Of a DNA stretch of 42,519 bases, positions 1 to 9,505 are shown piece by piece. The position numbers and the translations under genes were made by a program. Below the pieces are notes generated by a model. That model did no database searches, was not told where the DNA came from, and was given only the letters and a program-made list of their open reading frames with translations. Source of the stretch: an uncultured Pirellulales bacterium (GTDB lineage Bacteria > Planctomycetota > Planctomycetia > Pirellulales > CAYZVT01); assembly GCA_964481585.1 (NCBI GenBank), contig CAYZVT010000002.1:1-42519 (forward strand). The letters are read 5' to 3'. Every line of letters begins with the position of its first letter. Position 1 is the stretch's first letter.

Positions 1-1876
1 GCGTCACGTTGCTGGTAAAGGTGTCGAGCTGGATGGAGTCGGTCCCTTGGCCGGCACCTTCGACGACCGTATGGCTGCCGACAGCGGCATTGGCGGTGGT
101 GAAGTAGTAGGTGTCGTCGCCACTATTGCCAGTGAGGGTGTCACTCCCGCTGGCGGTGTAGAAGGAGTCGTTGCCGTCGCCGCCGGTCAGCAGGTTATCG
201 AGGCTGTTGCCGGTGAGCGTGTCGTTGCCGCTGCCGCTGGTGATGTTTTCGATTACCGCGCCATCGGAGAGCGTGAGGCTCAAGGTGTTGGTGGCCGTGC
301 TGACGGCTTGGGTCGTCGTCAGGCCCAGGTCCAGTGTCACGTTGCTGGTAAAGGTGTCGAGCTGGATCGAGTCATTCCCGAAGTCCGCCATCTCGATGAT
401 CGTATGGCTGCCGACATTGGCATTGACGGCGGTGAAGTGGTACGTGTCGTGGCCATTATTGCCGGTCAGCGTATCGTTGCCGCTGTCGGTGTAGAAGGAG
501 TCGAGGCCGGGGCCGCCGGTGAGAATGTCGCTGCCCAGTTCGCCGTACATCTCGTCATTGCCGTGGAAGCCTTCGATCAGATCGTCGCCGACACCCCCCT
601 CTAAGCGGTCGTGGTTCGATCCGCCCCCGAGATAGTTGTCGAGGCTGTTGCCGGTGAGGGTGTCATCTCCGCTGCCGCTGGTGACGCCTTCGATCGCTTC
701 GCCGTCGGAGAGCGTGAGGCTCAAGGTGTTGGTGGCCGTGCTAACGGCTTGGGTCGTAGTTAGGCCCAGGTCCAGTGTCACATTGCTGGTAAAGGTGTCG
801 AGCTGGATGGAGTCGGTGCCGAAGTCGGTCATTTCGATGATCGTATGGCTGCCGACGTCGCTGTAGCCGGTCGTGAAGTAGTACGTATCGTCGCCATTGT
901 TGCCGGTCAGCGTATCGTTGCCGCTGTCGGTGTAGAAGGAGTCGAGGCCAGGCCCGCCCGTAAGAACGTCATCGCCCAACTCGCCGTACATCAGGTCGTT
1001 GCCGTGGAAGCCTTCGATCAGATCGTCGCCCTCGCCGCCTGTGAGGGTATCGTGGTTGGAACCACCGCCGAGATAGTTGTCGAGGCTGTTGCCGGTGAGG
1101 GTGTCGTCTCCGCTGCCGCTGGTGACGCCTTCGATCGCTTCGCCATTGGAGAGCGTGAGGCTCAAGGTATTGGTGGCCGTGCTGACGGCTTGGGTCGTGG
1201 TCAGGCCCAGATCCAGTGTCACGTTGCTGGTAAAGGTGTCGAGCTGGATCGAGTCATTCCCGAAGTCCGCCATCTCGATGATCGTATGGCTGCCGACATT
1301 GGCATTGACGGCGGTGAAGTAGTAGGTGTCGTCGCCACTATTGCCAGTGAGGGTGTCACTCCCGCTGGCGGTGTAGAAGGAGTCGTTGCCGTCGCCGCCG
1401 GTCAGGCTGTCATCGCCCGCTTCGCCGTAGAGCGAGTCGGCCAAGTCACTGCCAACCAGCTCGTCATCGCCAACACCACCGTAGAGCGAGATGCTATCGG
1501 CCGCCGTACCGATGGCAGTGAATTGGGAAGCATTGACGGCGGAGAGATCGATGGCGTCGTGACCGTCTCCTGCACTGACGGAAATCGACTGCACCTCGGA
1601 TGCGAGCACGCCGCTCCCCACGCCGTTGCCGTTGACCTGCACGTAATAGCTGCCCGAGTCGAGCACGCTGGAGACGGTGATCGTGTCGTCGGAACTGGTG
1701 CCGGTGATCGTCAGCGCGCCGTTGGAAAACGTGGCGTCGATGGCGAACATCACGCGGGCTTCCAACTGCTCGACGGCCGAAGAAGCGCTCCGGCGGCGAT
1801 TGAGCTTGCGCTGGCGGCGATTCTTCGTCTTGGAAAAGCGGAAAACTTTCTTCCAGTCCTGCTTGCGCTGGGGCAT
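1..1876 (-). CDS. Large secreted RTX-type Ca-binding repeat protein with planctomycete LEPRxLL-type N-terminal motif (5' part; runs off window start)
   Basis: My translation of the minus strand from ATG 1876 (AGAAAGGG RBS upstream): MPQRKQDWKKVFRFSKTKNRRQRKLNRRRSASSAVEQLEARVMFAIDATF..., then many GGxGDD/GNDxL nonapeptides (YGGVGDDEL, YGEAGDDSL, TGGDGNDSF, TGNSGDDTY). I saw no stop before position 1, which explains its absence from the ORF track. Confidence 0.9.
   Translation of the reverse strand, partial: MPQRKQDWKKVFRFSKTKNRRQRKLNRRRSASSAVEQLEARVMFAIDATFSNGALTITGTSSDDTITVSSVLDSGSYYVQVNGNGVGSGVLASEVQSISVSAGDGHDAIDLSAVNASQFTAIGTAADSISLYGGVGDDELVGSDLADSLYGEAGDDSLTGGDGNDSFYTASGSDTLTGNSGDDTYYFTAVNANVGSHTIIEMADFGNDSIQLDTFTSNVTLDLGLTTTQAVSTATNTLSLTLSNGEAIEGVTSGSGDDTLTGNSLDNYLGGGSNHDTLTGGEGDDLIEGFHGNDLMYGELGDDVLTGGPGLDSFYTDSGNDTLTGNNGDDTYYFTTGYSDVGSHTIIEMTDFGTDSIQLDTFTSNVTLDLGLTTTQAVSTATNTLSLTLSDGEAIEGVTSGSGDDTLTGNSLDNYLGGGSNHDRLEGGVGDDLIEGFHGNDEMYGELGSDILTGGPGLDSFYTDSGNDTLTGNNGHDTYHFTAVNANVGSHTIIEMADFGNDSIQLDTFTSNVTLDLGLTTTQAVSTATNTLSLTLSDGAVIENITSGSGNDTLTGNSLDNLLTGGDGNDSFYTASGSDTLTGNSGDDTYYFTTANAAVGSHTVVEGAGQGTDSIQLDTFTSNVT
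3..1405. repeat. Intragenic tandem repeat units of 441, 441 and 333 bp (147/111 aa)
   Basis: Anchor GTCAC(G/A)TTGCTGGTAAAGGTGTCGAGCTGGAT recurs at 3, 336, 777 and 1218. Confidence 0.9.
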
Positions 1877-2597
1877 TCGCATCCCTTTCTAGTACCGAAG
1901 AAGGCGCCGTATCACGAGCCGCTTGCGAGGGGCACCTAAGTGGTGTCATGCGTCATCCGATAGAGGCCACCATTATTGGAGGGTATGGTATAGGAGTTCC
2001 GGGTGATAGCAAATAGTTTCTGTATAAATTCAGCCATTTGGCGGGATGGGTGGTATGGGGTGATGGGGTGAATTGAGCGATGCAGCGGATCGCCGCCTGC
2101 AGTTCCGTCGCTGTGACGCGGCCTCCGGGATCAAGAGAAAAAGCCGCGATCTGAAACTGAGGAATCAACAACTGGGAGGGCTGCACGATCTCAAGCTCCA
2201 GCCACTGAGAACGGCGGCGATCTTGAAGGGTGCGTTTATGGAGGGCGGCAAGGAGAAAACGTGCGAAAGCAGCTCTCGGTGGAGTGCGGCGGCACGGGAG
2301 CCGGCTTCTTGTCGCCCTTCAGCGGTTCGGCCATGCGGTAGAGCGGGGCCGCGATTGACGGTCGCCATGATGACCGCCAGCACACCCGGCGCGTGTCGGC
2401 GCTGCGCCTGCGTCCTCGTTGGCATAAGCCAGCTTGGCCTTGGCCCGCGCAAGTTCCGCGGAGCTGGCGCAACTCCCTTGCGCTTGCGTCCCTTACGACA
2501 TTACCATTCCGGGCGGAGCGTTGACCCGCGCCAGCCGGGCACCGATACTGGAGGCCTCAGTTCGTCGCTCGCCGCCCGCTTGGGGAGTTCTCTCGCT

Positions 2598-4157
2598 ATG
2601 CCAGTCGCGTCTCAGCCGATTCCGCCGGCCTCACGTCAACGGGTCTGTATGCTAGCCAGAATGACGACACTCATTCTTACTGCGGTCGCGGCATGGGGGC
2701 CAACATCATCAGCAGAAAATGCTGTTTCTGCGGAGCCAGAGCGTGCGCCCAATTTCGTCGTGATCTTTACCGACGACCAGGGCTATAACGACCTGGGTTG
2801 CTTTGGCTCGCCCGATCTCGCCACGCCGCGCATCGACCGGATGGCGCGGGAAGGGATGCGGCTGACGAGCTTTTACGCGCAGCCGATTTGCGGTCCCTCG
2901 CGGGCGGCGATTATGACGGGGTGCTATCCCTTGCGCGTGGCGGAGTGGGAGAACCGCAAAGAAACGCATCCGGTGCTGCATCGCAAGGAGATCACCGTCG
3001 CCGAACTGCTCCAACAGCGCGGCTACGCCACCGCCGCGATTGGCAAGTGGGATCTGGCCCGGCATAGCAACGACAACTACGAGCCGAGCCTGCTGCCGGG
3101 GCACCAGGGCTTTGACCTACACTTTGGAACGCCCACGAGCAACGACGCGCCCAAAAAGATGGTCCTGCTGCGGGACGGGAAGGTGATCGAGCGTGGGCTT
3201 GATATGGACACCCTCACGCGCCGCTACACGGACGAGTCGCTGCGGTTTATCGAGGCGCACCAGGATGAGCCGTTCTTTCTGTATCTCGCGCATTCGATGC
3301 CGCACACGGAGCTTGGCGCTTCGCCCGAGTTTCGCGGCAGGTCGCCACGCGGGCTGTACGGCGATGTGATTGCGGAGATCGACTGGAGCGTCGGCCGCAT
3401 CCTCGACAAGCTTACGGAGTTGGGACTCGATCGATCGACCTACGTCGTGTTCACGAGTGACAACGGGCCTTGGCTCTCCAAGCGAGAGCACGGCGGATCG
3501 GCCGCGCCGCTGCGCAGTGGCAAGGCTTCGACCTGGGAAGGGGGCTTGCGCGTGCCGTGCGTCGTGTGGGGGCCGGATCGCGTTCCGGCGGGCGCTGTGT
3601 GCGATGAGCTGTGCAGCACGCTCGACGTACTGCCCACCCTGGCGCACTTGGCCGGTGCAACGCTGCCGAGTGACCGCACGATCGACGGCCACAACATCGC
3701 CCCGCTGCTGCACGGCGAGCCAGGAGCCAAAAGTCCCACCGAGGCGTACTACTATTATCTCCATACGCATCTTCAGGCGGTGCGGAGCGGCGAGTGGAAA
3801 CTGCATCTGCCGCGTCCCGCGCAGTCGCCGTGGTTGCCGTTCCGCATGAGCCGGCACATCGATAAGAAGGACATCGTGCCGGTGCGCGAGCCGATGCTGT
3901 TTAATCTCCAGCAAGACATCGCCGAGCAGCACGACGTCGCTTCCGCACATCCCGAGATCGTGGCCCGACTCCTTGAACTGGCGGAGCAGGCGCGCAAGGA
4001 CATCGGCGACTACGACCGGATCGGCCGCGGCGCCCGCTTCTTCGACGACCCTCAGCCACGGCGTCCGGACGCGGCACGGTGGCAAGCGAAGCAGCCCCAA
4101 GCGGCAACCGCGGCTCAGGGTGAGCAGCAAGTCGCGCCAGAACCGGATGGGTGCTAA
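2598..4157 (+). CDS. Sulfatase (arylsulfatase A-like, formylglycine-dependent), probably secreted
   Basis: PNFVVIFTDDQG, CGPSRAAIMTG (CxPxR), GKWDL, FTSDNGP, GKASTWEGGLRVP. The start is probably ATG 2598 (GGGGAG RBS) or slightly later, not 2073. Confidence 0.93.
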   Translation: MPVASQPIPPASRQRVCMLARMTTLILTAVAAWGPTSSAENAVSAEPERAPNFVVIFTDDQGYNDLGCFGSPDLATPRIDRMAREGMRLTSFYAQPICGPSRAAIMTGCYPLRVAEWENRKETHPVLHRKEITVAELLQQRGYATAAIGKWDLARHSNDNYEPSLLPGHQGFDLHFGTPTSNDAPKKMVLLRDGKVIERGLDMDTLTRRYTDESLRFIEAHQDEPFFLYLAHSMPHTELGASPEFRGRSPRGLYGDVIAEIDWSVGRILDKLTELGLDRSTYVVFTSDNGPWLSKREHGGSAAPLRSGKASTWEGGLRVPCVVWGPDRVPAGAVCDELCSTLDVLPTLAHLAGATLPSDRTIDGHNIAPLLHGEPGAKSPTEAYYYYLHTHLQAVRSGEWKLHLPRPAQSPWLPFRMSRHIDKKDIVPVREPMLFNLQQDIAEQHDVASAHPEIVARLLELAEQARKDIGDYDRIGRGARFFDDPQPRRPDAARWQAKQPQAATAAQGEQQVAPEPDGC

Positions 4158-4227
4158 CGCCGTTTCCGAGGGTGGGCTACGGCGGAGCCAGTGCGATTGG
4201 CGAGAGGCAACGGGACTGGCTATCAGC

Positions 4228-4340
4228 CGAACTCGCGCACCGTCCGCCGTTTGATCCGGTGAACGTGCTGCTCTCCTTTCTCTACAGCCTGCTGGCCCAC
4301 GATGCCCGCTCCGCCTATGAAGCGAGCGGCCGCAGATGCG
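4228..4340 (+). pseudogene. cas1: Short relic of CRISPR-associated cas1 (type I-C-like)
   Basis: Reads RPPFDPVNVLLSFLYSLLAHDARSAYEASG, close to the Cas1 signature RRPPxDPVNALLSFLYxLLxHDxRSAxExxGLD; frameshifted or lost on both sides. Confidence 0.75.
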
Positions 4341-4388
4341 CCGCGGAGCCTGCGCGCACCGGCTTGTTCGTGCGCAGTGAACAAGCAG

Positions 4389-7300
4389 CTACTTCTGCTG
4401 GGCGAGGAACTCGACCAGGTCGCGGAGGTCGCGCTTGGTGAGCTGTTTGACGACATCGGCGGGCATGGCGGATTGGCCTTCGACCATCTCGTCGATTTCG
4501 TCCTTGGCGACGACGGTGAAGTCGCCGTCGGCGTTAATCAGCCGTAGCGTTTCGTCGGTTTCGTCTTTGATGATGCCCGACACGACGCGGCCGGAGTCGA
4601 GGATGACCATCACGGTGGCGAAGCCTTTGGCGATGGCCTTGTTCGGCAGCACGATCGCGTCGAGCAGGTATTGCCGGTCTTTTTCGGCCCCGATCTTGGT
4701 CAGGCTCGGGCCGACTTCGCCCCCTTCGTCGCCAACCGTGTGGCAGCGGACGCAGGAGACCTGGACCCGGTGGAAAAAGATCTGCCGGCCCCGCTCGGCA
4801 TCGCCGCCAGCGAGCGCGACCTGATACTCCGCCGCCGGATCGTCCTGGCCTTGGCTTGCCTCATACGCGGCGAGGCTCTCGCGCAACTGCTTCGTTTTCC
4901 CCTTGCGCTTCTGCGCGGCTTCGAGCAGGTCGAGCTGAATTTCCGCCGGCACGCTCCCTGCGCGGAGCCGGTCGATCCACGCTGCGAGAACCTCATTGGC
5001 GCGCGGGTCGGCGATCGTAGTCAGCGTAGCCAAGGCACTCTGCTGTTCCAGCACCGTGCCCGACTCGACCGCCCTTTGAAGCGGCTCGATGGCTTCCGCC
5101 GGCCGCAGACTTGCCAGCGCGTTGCGGACGGCCGCGCGCATCTCCGGCGAGGGATCGTTGAGGCTGTGCCGCACGACGGCTTCGAGTTGCGGATCATCGA
5201 GCACGGCCAGGGCCTCAAATGCCTCGACGCGCTGCGAAGCTGGCAGGCTCCGATCCTTGGCCAGCAGCACAAGCGCCGAGCCAATCTCGCCAATGCGGTA
5301 CTTCGCGGCAGTCTTGATCGCCTCGCTACGGACGTTCGGCCCGGCCGCCATGAGCTGCGGCAGCACGCTCCGCAGCGCATCGGCCGCGACGTGCACATCG
5401 CGCTCGGCAAGGGGGCGCCAGAGGTTGAGAACGCGGTCGTTCGGGCTGGGCTGCCGCCAATCGGCGAGCATCGCAATCGCTTCAACCCGCAGTGGCGCGG
5501 GAACGGACGTCCGGGCAGCAAACTCCGCCAGCGCCCGAGCGTTCTCGGCGCCGCCGAGGCGGAAGTTCGCGTTCAGCACGCGCCGCAAGAGCGCGTCTGA
5601 GCTAATCTCTGTATTGCCGATCATCGCGGCAAGCTCCGGCAGCGCTGCCGTGATCGGCAGATCGTGAATCGCCCGCGCCGCCTCGTCCACCACATGCCCG
5701 TTCGAATCGTTGAGAAACTGAGCCACCTCCGGCGCCGCCAGCCGCCGCAGGGCAACAACCGCCGCCGTCCGCACCGCAGGCGACTCGTCCTGGCCAAGCT
5801 CAACCAACCCTCGAACGTCTCCCGTTCCCACCAAGCCCATCACCCCACCGTGCCGCAACACCGGATCGCGATCGGCGTTGGCGCGCAGCATTTCAGCGAG
5901 CGGCGCGAGGGCCTCGGGGACGCCGAGCTTGCCCAAACTCTGAGCGGCAAAGAAGCGCACGCGCGAGCTGGAGTCAGCCAGCAGGGAGATCAGCGCGGTG
6001 GCAGATTGCTTCTGGCCGTGGTCGCCGAGCAGCTTGGCCGCTTGTGCCCGTATTTCAGCATCCGAATCTTTTAGTAGATTCGGTAGCGAGGCGAGCGCCT
6101 TCGGCTGGCTCCGTGCAATCTGCCCTAGCCCCCAGAGAGCATGAATCCGCGCCAGTTGGGCGTCGGCTTTGAGCGCGACTTGTTCGAGAGCCGGAATGGA
6201 CTGCGCGCCGCGGTCAGCCAGTTCAAACTGAGCAGCGAGGCGGACCCGCATGTTCGCGTGCGCCAGGAGGTCCAATAGCTCCTGCGCGTCGCGCTGCTTC
6301 ATTCCTTCCGCGAGTAGCGCCTTCGTTTCCGCGACGACCGGCTTCTGGGCCAACTCCGGGTCGGTCACACGATAGATGCGTCCTTTGCCGACACCGTGCC
6401 ACCCATTCACCCAGTCGAGGACGTAAAGACCGTTGTCGGGTCCGAAATCGACATCGGTGGCTAGCACCGACCACAACGTCTGCTCGACCGGCCCAAGCTC
6501 GAAGAACGCTCCATCGGGTTCCAGCTCGAACGAGAGCACGCCGCTATTGGCCGAGCCACCGCGAAATTCGCAGAGAAAGAAGTGATTGTGGTAGCGCTCC
6601 GGCATTCCGGTGCCGGGATAATAGGCGAGGCCCGACGGGCCGTTCGCCAGATTCGCGATCGGCGGCACGATGTACGCCGGCTGGTGTTCGTGGTAGGGAT
6701 GCCAGAGTTTCTCCCGGTTCCACGGGCCACGGTCGGGCAGGTACTGGTAGGCCATCCGCCAGCCGCTATCGCCATCTTCGACGACGTGAACGAAGCGCGC
6801 CTTGTCGCCACTGTCGGAGTTGTTGTCGCCGGTAAAAAGGTTGCCGTACTGGTCGAAGGCCAACTCCTGCGGATTGCGTAGGCCCCGTGCAAAAACCTCT
6901 AGCTCCGAGCCGTCCGCGTTGCAGCGAAACACCGCACCCGCTTCCGGGTCGGCAATCGTTCCTTCGGGCGTGGTGACGTTGTAGCCGCGATCGCCGATGC
7001 TGAAGTAAATCTTGCCGTCCGGGCCGACCGTCAAGCCGTGCAGGTCGTGCCCTCGGAAGGCGAAGCGGACGCCGTAGCCGCGGTGCAGCACTTCGCGCTT
7101 CTCCGCCTCGCCGTCGCCGTTGGTGTCCTGAAACCGCCACAGGTTTGGGATGCAGGTGTAGTAGAGCGCGTCCTTGTAGAACAGCACGCTGGCGCCCGTT
7201 CCGTCGAGCAGGTCGTTAAAACCACCGGCAAAGACGGTCCCCTGGTCCATCTTGCCGTCGCCATCTCGATCGACCAGCAGCCGCACTTGATCGGCGTGCT

Positions 7301-7721
7301 CGGTGTACTCGCCGATTCCCTTTTTTCCGGCATGTTTGCGCATATAGGCGGCGCGGTCTTCGACGGTTTGTGCGGCTAAATCATCGCTTAACCAATACAT
7401 GTGACTACGGTTGTCCTCGACGCCCTTGCCTTGGCGGAAGGTCTCGGCGACGAAGATGCGTCCGGTATTGTCAAAGCAGAAGGCGACCGGGTTGGCGAAC
7501 AACGGCTCGCCCGCCACCAACTCCTTTTGCATCCCTGCGGGAATCTTCATTTGATTCAGCGTCGAGAGCCGCTCCTGTTCGGTCGTGTTGGCGATCGGCG
7601 GCTGGTACGCCTGGGCCTCTTCGCCTTGCTGCGGCGGGACGGCCCGGGCGGCCGGGGCAAACGACGAAAGAAGCACCAGTGCGCAAAGTGCGAATCGGGA
7701 GAGAGCGCAGAAGGGTCGCAT
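4389..7721 (-). CDS. PVC-type heme-binding CxxCH protein (GSDH-like beta-propeller, HEAT repeats, C-terminal cytochrome c)
   Basis: Signal peptide, propeller motifs (HGLTVGPDGKIYFSIGDRG, GLRNPQELAFDQYGNLF), HEAT repeats, GDAERGRQIF...CVRCH...GPSLTKIG and a distal SAMP Met ligand. Confidence 0.9.
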   Translation of the reverse strand: MRPFCALSRFALCALVLLSSFAPAARAVPPQQGEEAQAYQPPIANTTEQERLSTLNQMKIPAGMQKELVAGEPLFANPVAFCFDNTGRIFVAETFRQGKGVEDNRSHMYWLSDDLAAQTVEDRAAYMRKHAGKKGIGEYTEHADQVRLLVDRDGDGKMDQGTVFAGGFNDLLDGTGASVLFYKDALYYTCIPNLWRFQDTNGDGEAEKREVLHRGYGVRFAFRGHDLHGLTVGPDGKIYFSIGDRGYNVTTPEGTIADPEAGAVFRCNADGSELEVFARGLRNPQELAFDQYGNLFTGDNNSDSGDKARFVHVVEDGDSGWRMAYQYLPDRGPWNREKLWHPYHEHQPAYIVPPIANLANGPSGLAYYPGTGMPERYHNHFFLCEFRGGSANSGVLSFELEPDGAFFELGPVEQTLWSVLATDVDFGPDNGLYVLDWVNGWHGVGKGRIYRVTDPELAQKPVVAETKALLAEGMKQRDAQELLDLLAHANMRVRLAAQFELADRGAQSIPALEQVALKADAQLARIHALWGLGQIARSQPKALASLPNLLKDSDAEIRAQAAKLLGDHGQKQSATALISLLADSSSRVRFFAAQSLGKLGVPEALAPLAEMLRANADRDPVLRHGGVMGLVGTGDVRGLVELGQDESPAVRTAAVVALRRLAAPEVAQFLNDSNGHVVDEAARAIHDLPITAALPELAAMIGNTEISSDALLRRVLNANFRLGGAENARALAEFAARTSVPAPLRVEAIAMLADWRQPSPNDRVLNLWRPLAERDVHVAADALRSVLPQLMAAGPNVRSEAIKTAAKYRIGEIGSALVLLAKDRSLPASQRVEAFEALAVLDDPQLEAVVRHSLNDPSPEMRAAVRNALASLRPAEAIEPLQRAVESGTVLEQQSALATLTTIADPRANEVLAAWIDRLRAGSVPAEIQLDLLEAAQKRKGKTKQLRESLAAYEASQGQDDPAAEYQVALAGGDAERGRQIFFHRVQVSCVRCHTVGDEGGEVGPSLTKIGAEKDRQYLLDAIVLPNKAIAKGFATVMVILDSGRVVSGIIKDETDETLRLINADGDFTVVAKDEIDEMVEGQSAMPADVVKQLTKRDLRDLVEFLAQQK

Positions 7722-7790
7722 GGAAACGGTCCGTCCGAAGGAATGGGATCAAAGCGCAGGAGGGGAGTCCAGCAGGCAGGGCCAGTTGAT

Positions 7791-7818
7791 AGTATAGTTC
7801 CCCCGAAAGCGGTGGCAA
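7791..7818 (-). promoter_or_regulatory. Sigma70-like promoter for the PVC heme protein
   Basis: Minus-strand TTGCCA (7818-7813), N16, TATACT (7796-7791), about 70 nt above the ATG at 7721. Confidence 0.55.
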
Positions 7819-7844
7819 AGCCTGTCCTTCCGCCCGCCGTTTCT

Positions 7845-8369
7845 TCAGCGGACGGCTAGGCCAAGCAGAAACCCGCCGCACAGCCCCACCAATAACCAGA
7901 GCCAAGCGTAGGACCGGCGGGGCGGGGCGAGAGGCTGGCCCCTGCCGAAGCGGATGCAGTGCAGCCGGCGCGACTGCATGTCGACGAGGAGCAATCCGTC
8001 GGCATCGTAGACGTGGCTATATTCCAGCAGTTGCCGCCGCGTGGCCGTCGATGCCGGATTGGGAGCGGTGCTACCGGTTTTCACTTCGGCCACGAAGCGC
8101 TTGCCCCGCCGCTCGACCAGAAAATCGGCCCGCACCGTCACCGGGCACCACTGCTCATCCATCCAAAAGCCCGTCTCCTGCGAGAGCTGCTCTTGCAGGA
8201 TGCGATAGCCCGACCGTTCCAAGAGTCGCACGGCCTGCTGCTCCCCGACGCGGCCCCGGGCAAAGCGGCGCTGCATCCGCCACCGCTCAAGACGGGCGCG
8301 CAGGGCCAGGGCAGCGGCTGCACCGACCAACACCGCGAGCGCGGTCAGGACTAGTTGCAAATCTGTCAC
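7845..8369 (-). CDS. Membrane-anchored PD-(D/E)xK nuclease-fold protein (174 aa)
   Basis: This is the real 3' part of track ORF 7845..9455, starting at GTG 8369 after GAGGAAG. N-terminal TM, GRVGEQQAVRLLERSGYRIL, RADFLV...FVAEVK, RRQLLEY, C-terminal TM (AWLWLLVGLCGGFLLGLAV). Confidence 0.75.
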   Translation of the reverse strand: MTDLQLVLTALAVLVGAAAALALRARLERWRMQRRFARGRVGEQQAVRLLERSGYRILQEQLSQETGFWMDEQWCPVTVRADFLVERRGKRFVAEVKTGSTAPNPASTATRRQLLEYSHVYDADGLLLVDMQSRRLHCIRFGRGQPLAPPRRSYAWLWLLVGLCGGFLLGLAVR

Positions 8370-8621
8370 GGAGTCTTCCTCGCCGCTTTCCCACCCGCCG
8401 TACCGGTTCGGCAAAGGCCGACAGCTTAGCAGACGCCGGCTGGCGAGCGAGCGCCGCTTCCCCCTCCCGCTGGTCGGGAGCGTGCTTTGCACGCTCGATT
8501 GTCTTGGGCTACCATGACAAATGCACTCCGCTAGCCACGCGGCGTTGACCGTGGCCGCCTTTCCTCGCTCGGCACCAGGCCTGCGGGCATGTGTGCTCCC
8601 ACACGCTTTGAAGGATTCCAC

Positions 8622-9467
8622 ATGGACCCCATCCTCTCGCGCCGACAGTTCCTCGGTGCCGCAGCGGCGGCGAGCGGCGCCGCGCTCCTCGCACAGCCAG
8701 CCCGCGCTGGGGCGGCCGACCGCTTCGGCGGTCTGCCCATTGGCGTCCAGAGTTTCTCGTTCCGCAAGTTCTCGCTCCCCGAGACGATTCGCCACACGCA
8801 GGGGCTGGGGCTGCATTACGTCGAGTTCTGTCAATTGCACATCAAACCCGACGCAAGCCACGAGCAGCTCGCCCAACTGCGCGATACGCTGCGCGGCGCG
8901 AACATCACCATGAATGCCTTCGGCGTCCAAAGCTTCGGCGGCGACCACGAGGCGAATCGCAAAGTGTTCGAGTTCGCCAAGCGGGCGGGGATTCGCAACA
9001 TCACCGCCAACCCCGAGGCGGCGGCGTTCGGAAGTCTGGAACAACTGGTTGAGGAATACAACATCCGCATTTGCATCCACAATCACGGACCGGGCGCGCT
9101 GTACGACAAGCTCGAAAGCGTGACCCGCGCCGTCCAGGACCGCCACCCGCTCCTGGGAGCCTGTGTGGACACGGGCCATGTGCTGCGGAGCGGCCAAGAC
9201 CCGGTCGAGTGGGTCCGCACGCTCGGGCCGCGCGTTTTTGCCCTGCATATCAAAGACGTCGCCGAGAAGCAGGCGCGCACGCATAATGTCGTGCTCGGCC
9301 AGGGGCACTTGGATGTCGCGTCGCTGTTCCGCACGCTGGGCGAAATCAAGTTTCCGGCCGACGGCTGCATTTCTCTCGAATATGAGTCGAACCCGATGAA
9401 CCCGGTCGACGACATGAAGCAGTGCCTGAACGTGGCCGAGAAGGCGATTGCCCAAGTGCAGGGCTAA
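8622..9467 (+). CDS. Tat-exported sugar phosphate isomerase/epimerase-like TIM-barrel protein (AP_endonuc_2 family)
   Basis: SRRQFLG Tat motif; IHNHG, CVDTGH, LHIKD, SLEYE metal-site motifs; AAGGA RBS before ATG 8622. Confidence 0.88.
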   Translation: MDPILSRRQFLGAAAAASGAALLAQPARAGAADRFGGLPIGVQSFSFRKFSLPETIRHTQGLGLHYVEFCQLHIKPDASHEQLAQLRDTLRGANITMNAFGVQSFGGDHEANRKVFEFAKRAGIRNITANPEAAAFGSLEQLVEEYNIRICIHNHGPGALYDKLESVTRAVQDRHPLLGACVDTGHVLRSGQDPVEWVRTLGPRVFALHIKDVAEKQARTHNVVLGQGHLDVASLFRTLGEIKFPADGCISLEYESNPMNPVDDMKQCLNVAEKAIAQVQG

Positions 9468-9505
9468 TCTGCGACGCTGGTTTTCCTTTTGCTGAGGATC
9501 AACGG

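Noticed and set aside
47-1939. Plus-strand ORFs 47..604 and 845..1939
   Set aside because: Antisense shadows of the minus-strand RTX gene, which has the recognisable motifs and an RBS.
2073-2597. 175-aa N-terminal extension of the sulfatase ORF, or an RNA element in the 1877-2597 gap
   Set aside because: Unstructured-looking translation and a better RBS at 2598; I could not match any riboswitch consensus.
8370-9455. 5' two-thirds of the 536-aa minus ORF
   Set aside because: Mostly antisense to the TIM-barrel gene; only 7845-8369 looks protein-like.
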